A stretch of DNA of 63,993 nt, the filler included, from Aduncisulcus paluster (lineage: Eukaryota), in NCBI GenBank assembly GCA_024181965.1. It is 11 parts of 11 records of this genome, joined end to end, with 100 filler letters (N's around TTAATTAATTAA, not from the genome) between each part and the next. Parts side by side here need not be neighbours in the genome. Positions count along the whole stretch, not along the records: positions 22,589 to 24,299 come from BQXS01000157.1; positions 24,400 to 26,149 come from BQXS01000158.1; positions 26,250 to 34,123 come from BQXS01000159.1; 8 more parts are not named here. The stretch is one strand, 5' to 3'. Of this stretch, positions 22,589-34,223 are shown one piece after another; within the stretch, counting starts at the first letter, position 1; each line of letters opens with the position of its first letter. The position numbers were made by a program, and so were the translations under genes. The notes below the pieces were generated by a model, which saw nothing but the letters and a program-made list of their open reading frames with translations, was not told the DNA's origin and ran no database searches.

Positions 22589-24299
22589 AGAGTGGCTTCA
22601 GGGATATCTCCCCATTCAAACATTTCAAAAGTTCAAGGAGGGAACTTAAACTTCCTGACTCCATTGAAACGCCACGAATAGAAGAAAGGTCCTGTGTTCC
22701 AGTGATCATAAAGATATTGTAAACAAAACTAACGATCAGATTTAAATTCGCATATGTTATCTGCTCCTCTTCATTGCATATGGCTATAATAGCCGTTTTA
22801 ATGAGTGGAACAAAGCTTGCGGCAATGTTTACCCTTGCAGGAATGTCTTTCTCAGAGCTCACAGGTGACAAGTCAAGGTAAGATAACATTGTTGTATTGA
22901 GATGTTCCATCATGTGTATAATATCCGACAAGGAAAACTCCCCATGCATGATGATTTGATCGAGTGATTTCAACGCGTTATACCGGATATTCATGATGTC
23001 TTGACTCATCATAGCATCCTTTTCAATATCTTTAATCACGACCTTGTTGACAGGAATGTGGTCTGGAGATAAACTGGAATAAGTTGCGTAATACGATGTC
23101 GATTTCTCAACACTCGTGGGGACAAGAATAGCATTGATAAGCTCGACAAATGATTCAATGTGTAAAATCTGACGCTCGGGTTCGTATGAAAGAAATGCAT
23201 TTTCATACCCACAAAGAATGCTACCAACACATTCATCGGCAATCTGCTTATATCTCAGGAATGAACACCGATGTTTAAACATGTGGTCGAAAATAGACAC
23301 GGAGATCTCAGATAAGTTGTTCAGAATCTCAACGTTATTCGCTGACTTGGAAATTATCGAAAGAAAATCATCAATCAAGGAATTTTTTTCATCCACATCA
23401 ATGCCATATTTGATGATAAGAGGTCCAAGCACCAAAGAAAACACATACGGGTTTGTCATTTGTTCATATATTCGACACTTCTGCACTCTCTCCATGACAT
23501 CAGGAAAATGCAGGAGATTCCGAACAATCATGCAGAAAAAGAAGGATTCAAAATGGATATTACTATATAACCTGTCCATACTGCTCATGTCAAGACATTT
23601 CATACAGCACAGTTTGATTTGCTTCAAAAATGATTCCTCGTCACAACATACCTTTGGGAAGTATTTCATCGAGTAGAAGACAAGGGCAAAGACGCTGTTC
23701 CCCTTTTGCTTTGGATGCATGTAATCGCTGGTGGAGAAAGAAAGATAGGATGTGAATCGAGCAATGGCATATTCGGGAATGTTAAATATCCCGCGTGAGG
23801 AATATCTGTCCTTATAGAGTGACAATATGACCACCATTGCATAACAAAGATGCATCTCATCATCCCTTTCCTCGATGTCATCCCCAATAACAATGACATG
23901 TCCTTTCTCTGATCTATCCTCAGCCATGAATGGATCATCCGAGGAAACACTGAAAAGCTCACTCGCTACATCTTTTCTCACGCATCTCAACGTTTTCCAG
24001 ATGAAACTATCCGAGAATCTTTCAGCACGAGTCCCCATGGCTGTCTTGAAACCAGAGATAATCTTCTCCATGGATCTCTGATCAAGAGGGGACAAATACA
24101 GGAATCGACGGAACTTCTTTCCGGTTTGTGGATTGAAAAATGAATTTACGATAAGATTTGATGCAGGACATGCATACACAAGGGAGGAAAGAAGGATAAT
24201 CACAATGTAACAGAGGTCTTGAAATATCGAATCCTCAACCTTAAAGGCAGGAGAATCAAGCACATACAACAGTCCTAGTGTTGAAAGGTCAAAAACATC
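22589..24299 (-). CDS. Hypothetical alpha-helical (HEAT/ARM-like) protein, partial
   Basis: About 570 codons open, amphipathic-helix composition, no clear motif. Confidence 0.6.
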
Positions 24300-24473
24300 N
24301 NNNNNNNNNNNNNNNNNNNNNNNNNNNNNNNNNNNNNNNNNNNTTAATTAATTAANNNNNNNNNNNNNNNNNNNNNNNNNNNNNNNNNNNNNNNNNNNNT
24401 TCAAAAATGAGTGGAGTGAAGATGAATCTTTTTTGACAAATTTTGTCAAATCATCTTTTGTTCATAACCCAGG

Positions 24474-26149
24474 ATGTTCAAATATATTTCTTCAAAAACG
24501 AATTCCAAACACGATGATAATATTGTTTGGATGCGATATAAGCAGTTGAAGAAATTTGATAAAAGAATGAAAAAGGCAGTTGTCATAAATCACCTCTCAA
24601 AAGATGTACGACAGAATTTCATCCAAGAACCACCATCTTCTGAGAACTGTGGTAGATGTATATTATGTGGAGTGCCGTTAAAAACGAATTGTTCAGCATT
24701 GTCTCATTTGCTAACAGTGAAACATTGCAATGGAGAATTGTTATCAAAACCAACGCATCAAGAAGAATCTATTCAAGGGAAAAGAAGACATTTAAGAGAA
24801 CAGGTGGTGGATAGTGCATTATCATGTGGAATATCAGCTTTTACGATTGCAAAATTTTTTAATTTGAAAATTCAAAAGGCGATACTTGATTTGGGTGAGC
24901 CAATGGAATTCAAAAAAGATGCATTATATGATTGCATGCATATGGTAGCATCAAGATCACTCGAAAGCACTAGAGACAAGGTGTTAAAGGGGTGTTATAG
25001 TCTAATTCTAGACAAAACCACCTCGAGGGGGAAAACCATTCTTGGAATACTTGCACATAGCAAATTAGGAACCTACGCTGTAGGTTATGTGGATATAGGA
25101 AAATATAAAGACGAAACTTACTCTAAATCATTTAAGCATTCAATACAACAATCATATGCTTCCGAATTTATAGACCATGGGACACAACATACCCCATGTC
25201 AACACCAAGAGGGGATAAATTATATCATCACACACGTTAAACAGACTTTAGGATGTTGCTCGGATAGCATCCGGAAGGGAATGCCATCCCCAGCTGACTT
25301 ATTGCTTTCTCATTGTATTGATACATTTGAAGAAATTGGAATTAAGAAATCAAATCTAATTACAATTTGGTCGGACAGGGAACCATTGATGGTCAATGTT
25401 TGTAGTCAGTTGGTTGCAAAAGGGTATGGTTTTTCATGGCAACCATGTTTAGCTCATGTATTAAATAGTGTCAATCAACAATACATTAATTATTACTTTG
25501 AAGCTATCCAAGATTTTATTGAGAATATAAAAAGTTCGCTAAGTACAGGAAACCAGGCAAGTCGAACATTGTTGAGAATGATGAAATTACACTCTATCAA
25601 TTTCAGCCAAATTCGTTGGTCTTCCCTACTAGAAGAATATTTAAAGATTTGTAAACACTGGGACGAATATCTTGGGGCTCTAAAATTGATAAGACCGGCA
25701 ACAAATTGCGTCAAAGCATCCATAGAGTTTCTGGAAAATGATGGATATCGAATGTTCACTGAAACTCTGATGGATGAATATATACCAATATCTTTATTGG
25801 CTATCAAAGCAGCACAATTCGAATTTCCTAATTGTGGTGCTTTTTTTAGGATATTGAGCTATTTTTCGAAACTTGAAACTAAATGGAAATCACGCTTGAT
25901 TCCAAATAGATCATTTAAGGAAGTATATAAAATATTAGGAGAGCTATTAGATGTGTACTATGTAGTAATTGGATTTCAACCCGAAAAATGGACAACGCAC
26001 TTCAAATTAAATTATAAAAAGATGAAAAAAGGAATAGACCAGCTTGGAATCAAATTATCGAAGCGTCAATGTGATCATCTAAAACAATATTGTGATGAGA
26101 TTGATAAAAAATGTGAAATTAAGTTTGCAGATAATTATTTCTTTCTTTC
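24474..26149 (+). mobile_element. hAT-superfamily transposase, 3'-partial
   Basis: Zn-finger-like CILC..SHLLTVKH, YSLILDKTT (first Asp), IWSDREP (second Asp), PCLAHVLN (CxxH), IRWSS (RW). Confidence 0.82.
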
Positions 26150-26409
26150 NNNNNNNNNNNNNNNNNNNNNNNNNNNNNNNNNNNNNNNNNNNNTTAATTA
26201 ATTAANNNNNNNNNNNNNNNNNNNNNNNNNNNNNNNNNNNNNNNNNNNNCCATTAAAAAAGGCGTTGTTGGAGAAATAGAGAAATAGATTGGTGGTTTGT
26301 TTCGGATAATATATTTAGAAAATGTATAAAAAGAGATGATGACCTTCCTCAGAATCCTGGACTGAACTAGGGATCAACGATATATTGCAAATTACACAGC
26401 ATTATTTGG

Positions 26410-26458
26410 TGAATTAACCATGAATTAACCATGAATTAACCATGAATTAAATCATGAA
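26410..26458. repeat. 11-bp tandem repeat (TGAATTAACCA) x~4 just 3' of FEN1
   Basis: t gaattaacca tgaattaacc atgaattaac catgaattaa atcatgaa. Confidence 0.8.
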
Positions 26459-26471
26459 TAAACCCGTAACA

Positions 26472-27635
26472 TCACTTTTTCTTTGTCGCTGATGTTATTT
26501 TCTTTCTTCCCTTTTTCATAGTATCCGTTTTATCATTTCCTCCACTCCCCTTTGAAGTCCTTGACTTAGTCTTTGGTTTCGAAGGAGAAGGAGAGAATCC
26601 AAACATAGCATCGAGTCTCATCTGTGTTCCTTGTTTCTTAGCCTTCACAATCTTCTGAATACTTTTCCTCACTTGGTCTGGAGAAAACTCTTTTTTTGAG
26701 AGGAATTCAATCACCCCTTCCTCATCTGGGGCCTTCCATTTCAATTCGATATCCTTTGCTGGCGTGACATGCGGATTATTAAACAGCTTCCTGGCTTCCT
26801 TATATTTGAAGACAGAGGGAACTCCTTTTTCCTGCCTTGGGGTCAAATGCTCCAAAGCTTCCTCAATACTGCCCCATTCTTTGATTAATTTAAGAGCTGT
26901 CTTGTTACCCACACCGAATATAGTGTTACAATAATCGCACCCAGAGAGAATACAAAGATCAACGAACTGATCATGGGTCAACCCTAAACCTTTGATAACT
27001 TCATCGTGGTGATACTCGTGCACATCAAGCTTCTTTTTTTCAGCAGAGAGAAGGTATCTAAGAACACGGGGAGCACCGAATGTAAGAGCATCCATATCTT
27101 CAGTGGCTACGGCCCATGCTTTGCCTCCACGAACCATTTCAACACATTGGGACTCAGCTTCTGATGGAGCCTCAACAAAGGGGATTCCAAGGAGTTTTAA
27201 AAGAGTTTTAGACTCTTCCACGTGTGAAGTAGTCAAATGGACAATACGACGCTCAAACTTAATCCGAGCTTCTTCATCACCAGCCTCTTTGGCCTTTTCT
27301 GCTTCCTCTACGGCCTTATCTTTGGCAGCTTTCCTCTTGGCAATCTCATCGCTCTTTAATTCTGGTGGTTGCCCATCAAATACAAAAACAGGTTTGATTC
27401 CAGAATGAATAAGACGGGCTGACCGTGTGAGAATTCCTTTCAAGTGTGAGGTGATATTTCCTTTGGAATCCTGGAGAGGACGACCATCTGGTTGACGCAT
27501 AGCAACAAGAAATTGGTAGAGACACATATACGCATCTAAGGCAACAATTCGACCAAAATATGTTTTGAACGGATGCTTGTGAACACATTCCGGACAATTG
27601 TCCGCAATTAATTTGCTGAGACCGTGAATACCCAT
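26472..27635 (-). CDS. FEN1: Flap endonuclease 1
   Basis: MGIHGLSKLI, YFGRIVALDAYMCLYQF, FVFDGQPPELKSDE, APSEAESQC, TEDMDALTFG, SGCDYC, and PIP-box-like QMRLDAMF. Confidence 0.97.
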   Translation of the reverse strand: MGIHGLSKLIADNCPECVHKHPFKTYFGRIVALDAYMCLYQFLVAMRQPDGRPLQDSKGNITSHLKGILTRSARLIHSGIKPVFVFDGQPPELKSDEIAKRKAAKDKAVEEAEKAKEAGDEEARIKFERRIVHLTTSHVEESKTLLKLLGIPFVEAPSEAESQCVEMVRGGKAWAVATEDMDALTFGAPRVLRYLLSAEKKKLDVHEYHHDEVIKGLGLTHDQFVDLCILSGCDYCNTIFGVGNKTALKLIKEWGSIEEALEHLTPRQEKGVPSVFKYKEARKLFNNPHVTPAKDIELKWKAPDEEGVIEFLSKKEFSPDQVRKSIQKIVKAKKQGTQMRLDAMFGFSPSPSKPKTKSRTSKGSGGNDKTDTMKKGRKKITSATKKK

Positions 27636-28051
27636 AGAAAATTACTACACGACGATTGAAAGAAAAAAAGATAGTAAATAGAATAAAGTTGGCGCAATCA
27701 ACTAATAAATGTTCTGAAAAGATTCTAAAAAATATATGTACTTACTTCAACAGCAACAAATAACACAATCAATTGTAAGTAGCTTATTAATTATATTTTC
27801 TGCTTGTTGGGGCTATGAATACATAGGTATAACAATGTAGGACGAGATTCATATATAGTTATTGGACAATCCTCGAAAATAATAATGACCGTGTTAAAAT
27901 CGTGTAGCAGGTCGTATGAAATCATTTATAATGTATCAAATAACTTCAATGAATTTTATATCTATGATTAATTCGAATTATAAACAAATTTACTTTTTCA
28001 TCCATTATGTTAAGGACCGAAGGTAGACCACAATAAAATCGTGAATACATT

Positions 28052-28528
28052 TTATCTTGCAAAGGTTGAGCCTTGGAAACCCCAATCCTCTCTATCAACG
28101 TTCATAAACGTGATATACACACGGGCTGGTGGAACTTTTTTATCAGAGAAGAATTTGGTCAACAAACTGCTTGTCTTCTTGTTTTCGGTTCCTGAGATAC
28201 AACCGATTGATCTAAAATCAACAAAAACTGTTGGACTTGTTGAGTTTCCTCCAAATCTCATGTGTAAAGAGTGCTCAACAGAAATCATAATGTAAGCCTA
28301 TCAAAGAAAGTCATGATTGCAATAAAAGATTAAGGAATGGAAAAAGTAAGCATAAATTATGAATATTCAATAAAAATAGCGAATAAATTCTGAATAATAC
28401 CACGGATGACGTTGACATACTTCAGGCTTGCCCGTAGCTTCATACACAAGGCGAGAAAGGTTAGTGGACCAGGATTCAACCTCTTCTGGGGTTAATTTTA
28501 AGGATGTCTTGATTGATACGAAAGGCAT
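28052..28528 (-). CDS. MIF: Macrophage migration inhibitory factor/tautomerase, 2 exons (28528-28421, 28297-28052)
   Basis: MPFVSIKTS..TGKPE|AYIMISV..FGGNSTSP..SIG..RVYITF..WGFQGSTF. 123-bp GTATGT..AG intron at 28298-28420; 117 aa with Pro1. Confidence 0.9.
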
Positions 28529-28623
28529 GGTGTTACAATTTTAGTGATTTCGTTTTGCTTCTCCAAGAGGTAGTCTTCGAATATTTATTTTTTTATTTAT
28601 AAATTATTTCTTTATATTTCAAG

Positions 28624-30867
28624 ATGAGCATCCAAATAAGTGAATATAAACCAAACAAATGGATTATCGAAACATTAAAAGGATCCATCGCATATAAGTC
28701 AGATCCCACCGTTTTTTCTTTTACGTCGCCCTTGTTTGCTTCTTTAAATAAGGATTCACTTGCTAGTATCACCATTCCTCGCTTCTTAACTTCTCAATCG
28801 CTTTCTCTACCACCTTCAAAAGAACTAATCTTCAAAAAGGATGATTATATCCAGAAATATATTGATGATAAAGATGGTTCCTTCTCATTAAATGATATTG
28901 TGAAGGCTTTTGGAGGTCAACTAGTATGTAAAGACAAAAATGAATGGGGAACAATAGCCATCGCTATTCCTCGGCAATATGCAGCAGTTACGCTTGATTT
29001 ACTCGCATTGTCCTTAAACAAAGCCTTTTTAAGCCCAGATATGTCTGATATGGCCTCAATTCCAATTCTTTCAGAAGAATTATTCCCTCAGTTTCTTGAG
29101 GCTGCTTCAAGGACAAGGGCTGAATTGTTATCGATGATTCCTCAATATTCTGATTTCGCCCCAAATATAGCTCTCCAGGCGTCGTATAATGCAGCCAATT
29201 GGTCACTAGATCATCCTGATATGCCAGACATTCCTCTCGGTCCTGATGGGTCAATTTCCCAGGAATCTCTTAAGCAATTGGCTGGTCCATGGCCCTTGAT
29301 GAGGAATGGAATGCTCAGTGCATATGATGGTGAGAAAGTATCCCGTAATAGACTTTTTCGGTGTTTATCTGAATCTCTCCTTGGCTCTACCTCTTCTTCG
29401 ATATCGACTCAAATCAGCCCAATGGATGAATTGACTCTTGCTAGATCTCTCTCTAAAGGCATTCGTGGTGTCTTAACGTCATATAATACTCATATATATT
29501 CAGATAACGACCTCGAGGAGGAGAGACGAGGATCTCTCGCTTCACATGGTTCACATCGGAATAATAATGAACAATTCGATGATCCTTCATTCCTTGGATC
29601 TGGGTCTGAATGGGAAGAGATTAAGAGAAGTATAATTCAATTTCCACTCAACCCAATGCCACTGACATCTCACAGCCACACTGGTTGTTCGAGTCAAAAT
29701 ATTTCCACATCTGATATTGATGGTCAAACAAATTCAAGTTCTTGTTCCAGTAGCAGTGTCACTACTGATGATATAAAGCCAAGCAAGAAACGTGGTAAGC
29801 TTTCTCGATTCTTGTCTTCATTATTTGGACAGTCATTGTCCAAGAAACAAGCAAAAGTAGAAGAAACCCCATGTCACAAAGAAGATCTTCAGAAGAGTGT
29901 CAGTGAATCATCTCCTTCTCCTTTCATATGCAGTACTATTATTCCCCCCTCTTCTAGCACTCCTGCTGCAGCTATTAGTCTTTCAACAATGACTCCCACC
30001 CCAACCTCCCATGCCTATCTAATGTGGAGTTCATTCACTCCCTCTGACTCTCAATCCGAGCTATCTCCAGACTCATCATTGGCAGACTCGTTCAGAGAAA
30101 CATCACCTCCCTCACTCGCTCAGTTGTATTTATTGAAAGCTTTGCTCGGATATGGTGGAGAGTTTTGGACCGGAGGACCAGGCAAAGGTGTGACATCGTT
30201 ATTCTCTCGGTTGTTATCTGACTCTTCCTCTCCTCTCAGGGCTCTAACTCATCGTAAACAACCATCCAATCCTGGAATAGAAAACCATATGCCGACGTCT
30301 CTTATCAGATCTCTCAGTGTGTCATTGATTCCATCTGCATGCCCACTCATGTCTATTGCTTGTGAAGCCTATGTTGGTGTCAATATGATGAACGTTCTCG
30401 ATGTCACTGTCCAAGCATGTGAACAGGTTCTAATAGGTATGGTTGAAGCTGAACAAGCTGCTCATTTGATTGCAGAAGAGAAGGGAGAAGAAGAGAAGGG
30501 AGAAGAAAAGCAACAACTTGAAGATCATCATTTGGATCTATTGGGAACTTTAGAAAGTGCAAGGAGACGTGCAATACGTGAATTGAGGAGTGCTTTAAGC
30601 AACGGAGATATACTGGCTATGGATGTAAGTGAAAAAATACTCGAAGCGGCTATCAGAAAGGATTTAGGTATCCAAGATCAGTTATTCGAGAGCATGATTC
30701 CAGATGACATTGCCATTGAAATAGAGAAGATTACTGCTTCTCAATTATTATCTATTTATAGAAATATCTTTTTAAAGAAACCAGTTGCTTTGGTAAGGGT
30801 TCATAACGAAGAATTGGAGAAGAAAATGCTGGAACATGCAAAGACAATGTCAGCCGAGAAAAAATAA
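28624..30867 (+). CDS. PMPCA: Divergent M16 peptidase, mitochondrial processing peptidase alpha-subunit-like
   Basis: Gly-rich loop LLGYGGEFWTGGPGKGVTSL (30148-30189; canonical GGGGSFSAGGPGKGMYSRL). M16 N-domain FGGQLVC..TLDLLA and C-terminal IEKITASQLLSIYRNIF; no HXXEH. Confidence 0.7.
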   Translation: MSIQISEYKPNKWIIETLKGSIAYKSDPTVFSFTSPLFASLNKDSLASITIPRFLTSQSLSLPPSKELIFKKDDYIQKYIDDKDGSFSLNDIVKAFGGQLVCKDKNEWGTIAIAIPRQYAAVTLDLLALSLNKAFLSPDMSDMASIPILSEELFPQFLEAASRTRAELLSMIPQYSDFAPNIALQASYNAANWSLDHPDMPDIPLGPDGSISQESLKQLAGPWPLMRNGMLSAYDGEKVSRNRLFRCLSESLLGSTSSSISTQISPMDELTLARSLSKGIRGVLTSYNTHIYSDNDLEEERRGSLASHGSHRNNNEQFDDPSFLGSGSEWEEIKRSIIQFPLNPMPLTSHSHTGCSSQNISTSDIDGQTNSSSCSSSSVTTDDIKPSKKRGKLSRFLSSLFGQSLSKKQAKVEETPCHKEDLQKSVSESSPSPFICSTIIPPSSSTPAAAISLSTMTPTPTSHAYLMWSSFTPSDSQSELSPDSSLADSFRETSPPSLAQLYLLKALLGYGGEFWTGGPGKGVTSLFSRLLSDSSSPLRALTHRKQPSNPGIENHMPTSLIRSLSVSLIPSACPLMSIACEAYVGVNMMNVLDVTVQACEQVLIGMVEAEQAAHLIAEEKGEEEKGEEKQQLEDHHLDLLGTLESARRRAIRELRSALSNGDILAMDVSEKILEAAIRKDLGIQDQLFESMIPDDIAIEIEKITASQLLSIYRNIFLKKPVALVRVHNEELEKKMLEHAKTMSAEKK

Positions 30868-30927
30868 ATTATCCAAGAGTAAAATGAACTATATTATGAG
30901 GTTTACTATAACCTCTTGTAAAATAGA

Positions 30928-31527
30928 CTATTTGAAATATTGGGGTAGAATTGATTGGTTGTTTGGAGTCGTAGTTTTACCGCCGTACGGATAAGCTGAA
31001 CTCTTGAAAGATTGTTGAGAAGATGTATAAATGCTGGAAGATAGTTTTGATTGTGAATATTTGGATGAGTGTTTGTGTTTCTTAGCTTCCATTTCTCTCT
31101 TTGCCTCATGGAAAAATGGTCTTCCTTTCACGGCATCTAAATGACTGGAAAGAGCAAATGGAGAAGCAGCAATACAACAGCACACGCATTTATCTTTGAA
31201 TGTCTTCCCACCCCGGATACTTGTGCCGGAAATTAGGCAATCTCTTGGTCTTGGGTATGATAAGCTAGATTTGGGTCTTTCACAACATGTGTGTCCTTTC
31301 ATCATCATCGAAATAGCTTTGGATTCTGGCATTATCATTACACCCGTACCGGGAGCAGTGTAAAAGCTTCTCTCGTCACAATCTCTATTACCTCTGGAAA
31401 CACGTGGTATATGAGATATGGGTAATGGAAGAGCGATTGATGATCCACTTACATAAACGGTTTTACGGGGTTTGTAGCTATAAGGTTCGGGATACGTGAT
31501 ATATGAAGATATATTTGACTTTTTCAT
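30928..31527 (-). CDS. Hypothetical basic protein
   Basis: 199-aa ATG ORF flanked by AT-rich intergenic DNA. Confidence 0.55.
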   Translation of the reverse strand: MKKSNISSYITYPEPYSYKPRKTVYVSGSSIALPLPISHIPRVSRGNRDCDERSFYTAPGTGVMIMPESKAISMMMKGHTCCERPKSSLSYPRPRDCLISGTSIRGGKTFKDKCVCCCIAASPFALSSHLDAVKGRPFFHEAKREMEAKKHKHSSKYSQSKLSSSIYTSSQQSFKSSAYPYGGKTTTPNNQSILPQYFK

Positions 31528-32054
31528 AATATTTGTAAATAAATACTTATTATAATTAAAATTAGAACTAAAATTGGAAAAAATATTTTAGAATTTGCGT
31601 CAAATTTTGCATTCATCACCCAGCCCATTATAATTAGTAACTACAAAAATAATAATAAATGATTCACGTTCATATTAGCCTGTAATAATTATAAATAGTA
31701 AAATAATTAATAGTTCAACTGTATTTGGAGTTATAAAGACAAAACCACAATACTAAACAATTACACATCTTATGAAAAATATTTTTTCGATTTCTCGCTG
31801 AATTACTCTTGTTACCATTATAATATTTCAATTTAAGTTGTGTACACCGGTGAATTCACTCGATTTTAAAATTTGACGAGATATTGACTCGTTTAGTGAA
31901 TATCTCAAAATTTCATTGTTTCCAAAATTGATTTTAGGAATTTATTATAATAAATTGTTGTTAATTTGGCTCGAAAGCTCAAAACTAAACATACCAGTTT
32001 GATTGACCTTTTAGATCATCAGAAGTTCTGCTTTTGTTACTGTCAACAATTTAC

Positions 32055-34123
32055 ATGACCAAAGATGAATTAAAATGTTCCCATTCCAGGATTAATCTTG
32101 AGAAACGCTGTATAAAATGTGGGATATATTTGTCGTCCGAAGCTGCTTCAAAATATAAAAGATTTGGACAAATTAGAAATGGATTACTTTATTCACCTAA
32201 AGAAATTAAAAATAAGGGTCTTGCTATTCATTCTCATCTTTTGAAAGAGAGGAAGTTTGCTCTCATCTTAGATCTTGATCAAACCGTCTTGGACACTCAT
32301 ACTTGTAGTTTCCCATTTATAATACCACATTTAATTCCAAAGGGATATAATATTATGACTGTGAGTCCTGCTGCTCTGGAGAATGAGACCCCTGCCAAGA
32401 GAGAGAAAATGCGTCGACGTCTTGCCTCCAAAAAGGAGAGAACTGTTGGAAAATGTCGATCTTCTGAAGATCCCATCATTGAGGAAGAGTCTCTTTCCAA
32501 GAAAGCAGCCTCTGTTCCCTCTGATTTGGCAGATTTCTTACAATCTCTTGACAGCAGTGTTCAGAGTATATTAAAAGAACGAGAAGAGAAACGAAAAACT
32601 GAGGAAGAAAATGCCAAATTGGATACACATGACGCAGATATGTCTGATCTTGATAAACCCTTGTTGTGTGAGCTTGTAGCCAAATCAGATGATGCAACAA
32701 CTGTGTATAGAATCCTTACAGGTCCTCGAAATAGGACTTTTTTGTTGGTCAAATTACGGCCTGGGATTCGTGAATTCATTACTCGAATCTGTGATATTTG
32801 CCGAATTTATGTGTTCACCAAGGGATCACGTTCATATGCAACCATGATGGTGAATTTGTTGGATCCTCTTCATAAATACATACAAAGGAGCAATGTATTC
32901 GCTCGTGAGGATCTTGGTGGCAATGCGAAGGTTTCAGCCAAATCTCTCTCCCTCTTCCTTCCTCCACCCAGTTCAGACCTGACTGTTATCCTTGACGATT
33001 GTATGGATGTGTGGCCTGGTCACGTGGCTCTAAGAGTTGAACCATATCGTGGTCTCAATGTTCTTGGGAGAGAAATATTATCTGCTGGGAAGAAATCAGA
33101 TATTGGAGAATTGAAACATATGGAGGNNNNNNNNNNNNNNNNNNNNTCTTGGTGGCAATGCGAAGGTTTCAGCCAAATCTCTCTCCCTCTTCCTTCCTCC
33201 ACCCAGTTCAGACCTGACTGTTATCCTTGACGATTGTATGGATGTGTGGCCTGGTCACGTGGCTCTAAGAGTTGAACCATATCGTGGTCTCAATGTTCTT
33301 GGGAGAGAAATATTATCTGCTGGGAAGAAATCAGATATTGGAGAATTGAAACATATGGAGGTTATTGAACATGGGAAGACAACATCGAGTGTGTCAGTTT
33401 CAGTTGATTCCTCAAAATATCATACAGAAGAGGACCAATCGCACTCCGATACTTCCATTGATCCATCAAAAATTAGTGTGACCTTATCTGATAAGGAAGA
33501 ACATCCCGAACAACAACCAGAAATATCCCAACCAATTATTCCTCCATCTTCCTCTTGCACTTCCTCTTGCACTTCCTCTTGCACGTCTTGCCCAGAACAA
33601 CTCCATAAGAAATCCTCCATCCAGTTCTTCCCCTTCCATCGTAGGACAGATATGCTTGTGTTCCAATGGTTTAAGAAGTATCAGCCACATAATGTTAGAC
33701 TCCACCATAAAGATGTTTCAAAGGTTGCTCTTCCTGTTCTTGCTCCATTGAATACATTACCTATCCCCTCACCAACAGCCACAACATCGTGTAAAAGTTC
33801 CTTCTTCATTCCCATGCGTGATAATCGCCCAAAGATTCGTCCCATTATCTTTAAACTTCAATTCAAGGAGATATGTGCATTGTTCCACAGAATACACGAT
33901 ATGAGATGGGGGAAATACATACATCGAGATGAGACAACCACTTCAAATCCTCTATCCAACGCTTCCTCTGACATCGATAGTGTCATCAAAAGTATTGATG
34001 AGAAACATCATGGTTCTAAAAATAGTGACATGATAACCCATGAGAACGGTGAAGACATTGGTGATATGAGTGTTCAAAAAGGGGTAAGGAAACAACCGAT
34101 AATGTTTTCGACAAGAAGTGAGG
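32055..34123 (+). CDS. FCP1: FCP1-like RNA Pol II CTD phosphatase (HAD), 3'-partial; 32912-33126 falsely duplicated as 33147-33361
   Basis: CSH..RCIKCG, LILDLDQTVL (DxDxT), VKLRPGI, VFTKGSRSYA..LDP, VILDDCMDVW. Confidence 0.85.
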
Positions 34124-34223
34124 NNNNNNNNNNNNNNNNNNNNNNNNNNNNNNNNNNNNNNNNNNNNTTAATTAATTAANNNNNNNNNNNNNNNNNNNNN
34201 NNNNNNNNNNNNNNNNNNNNNNN

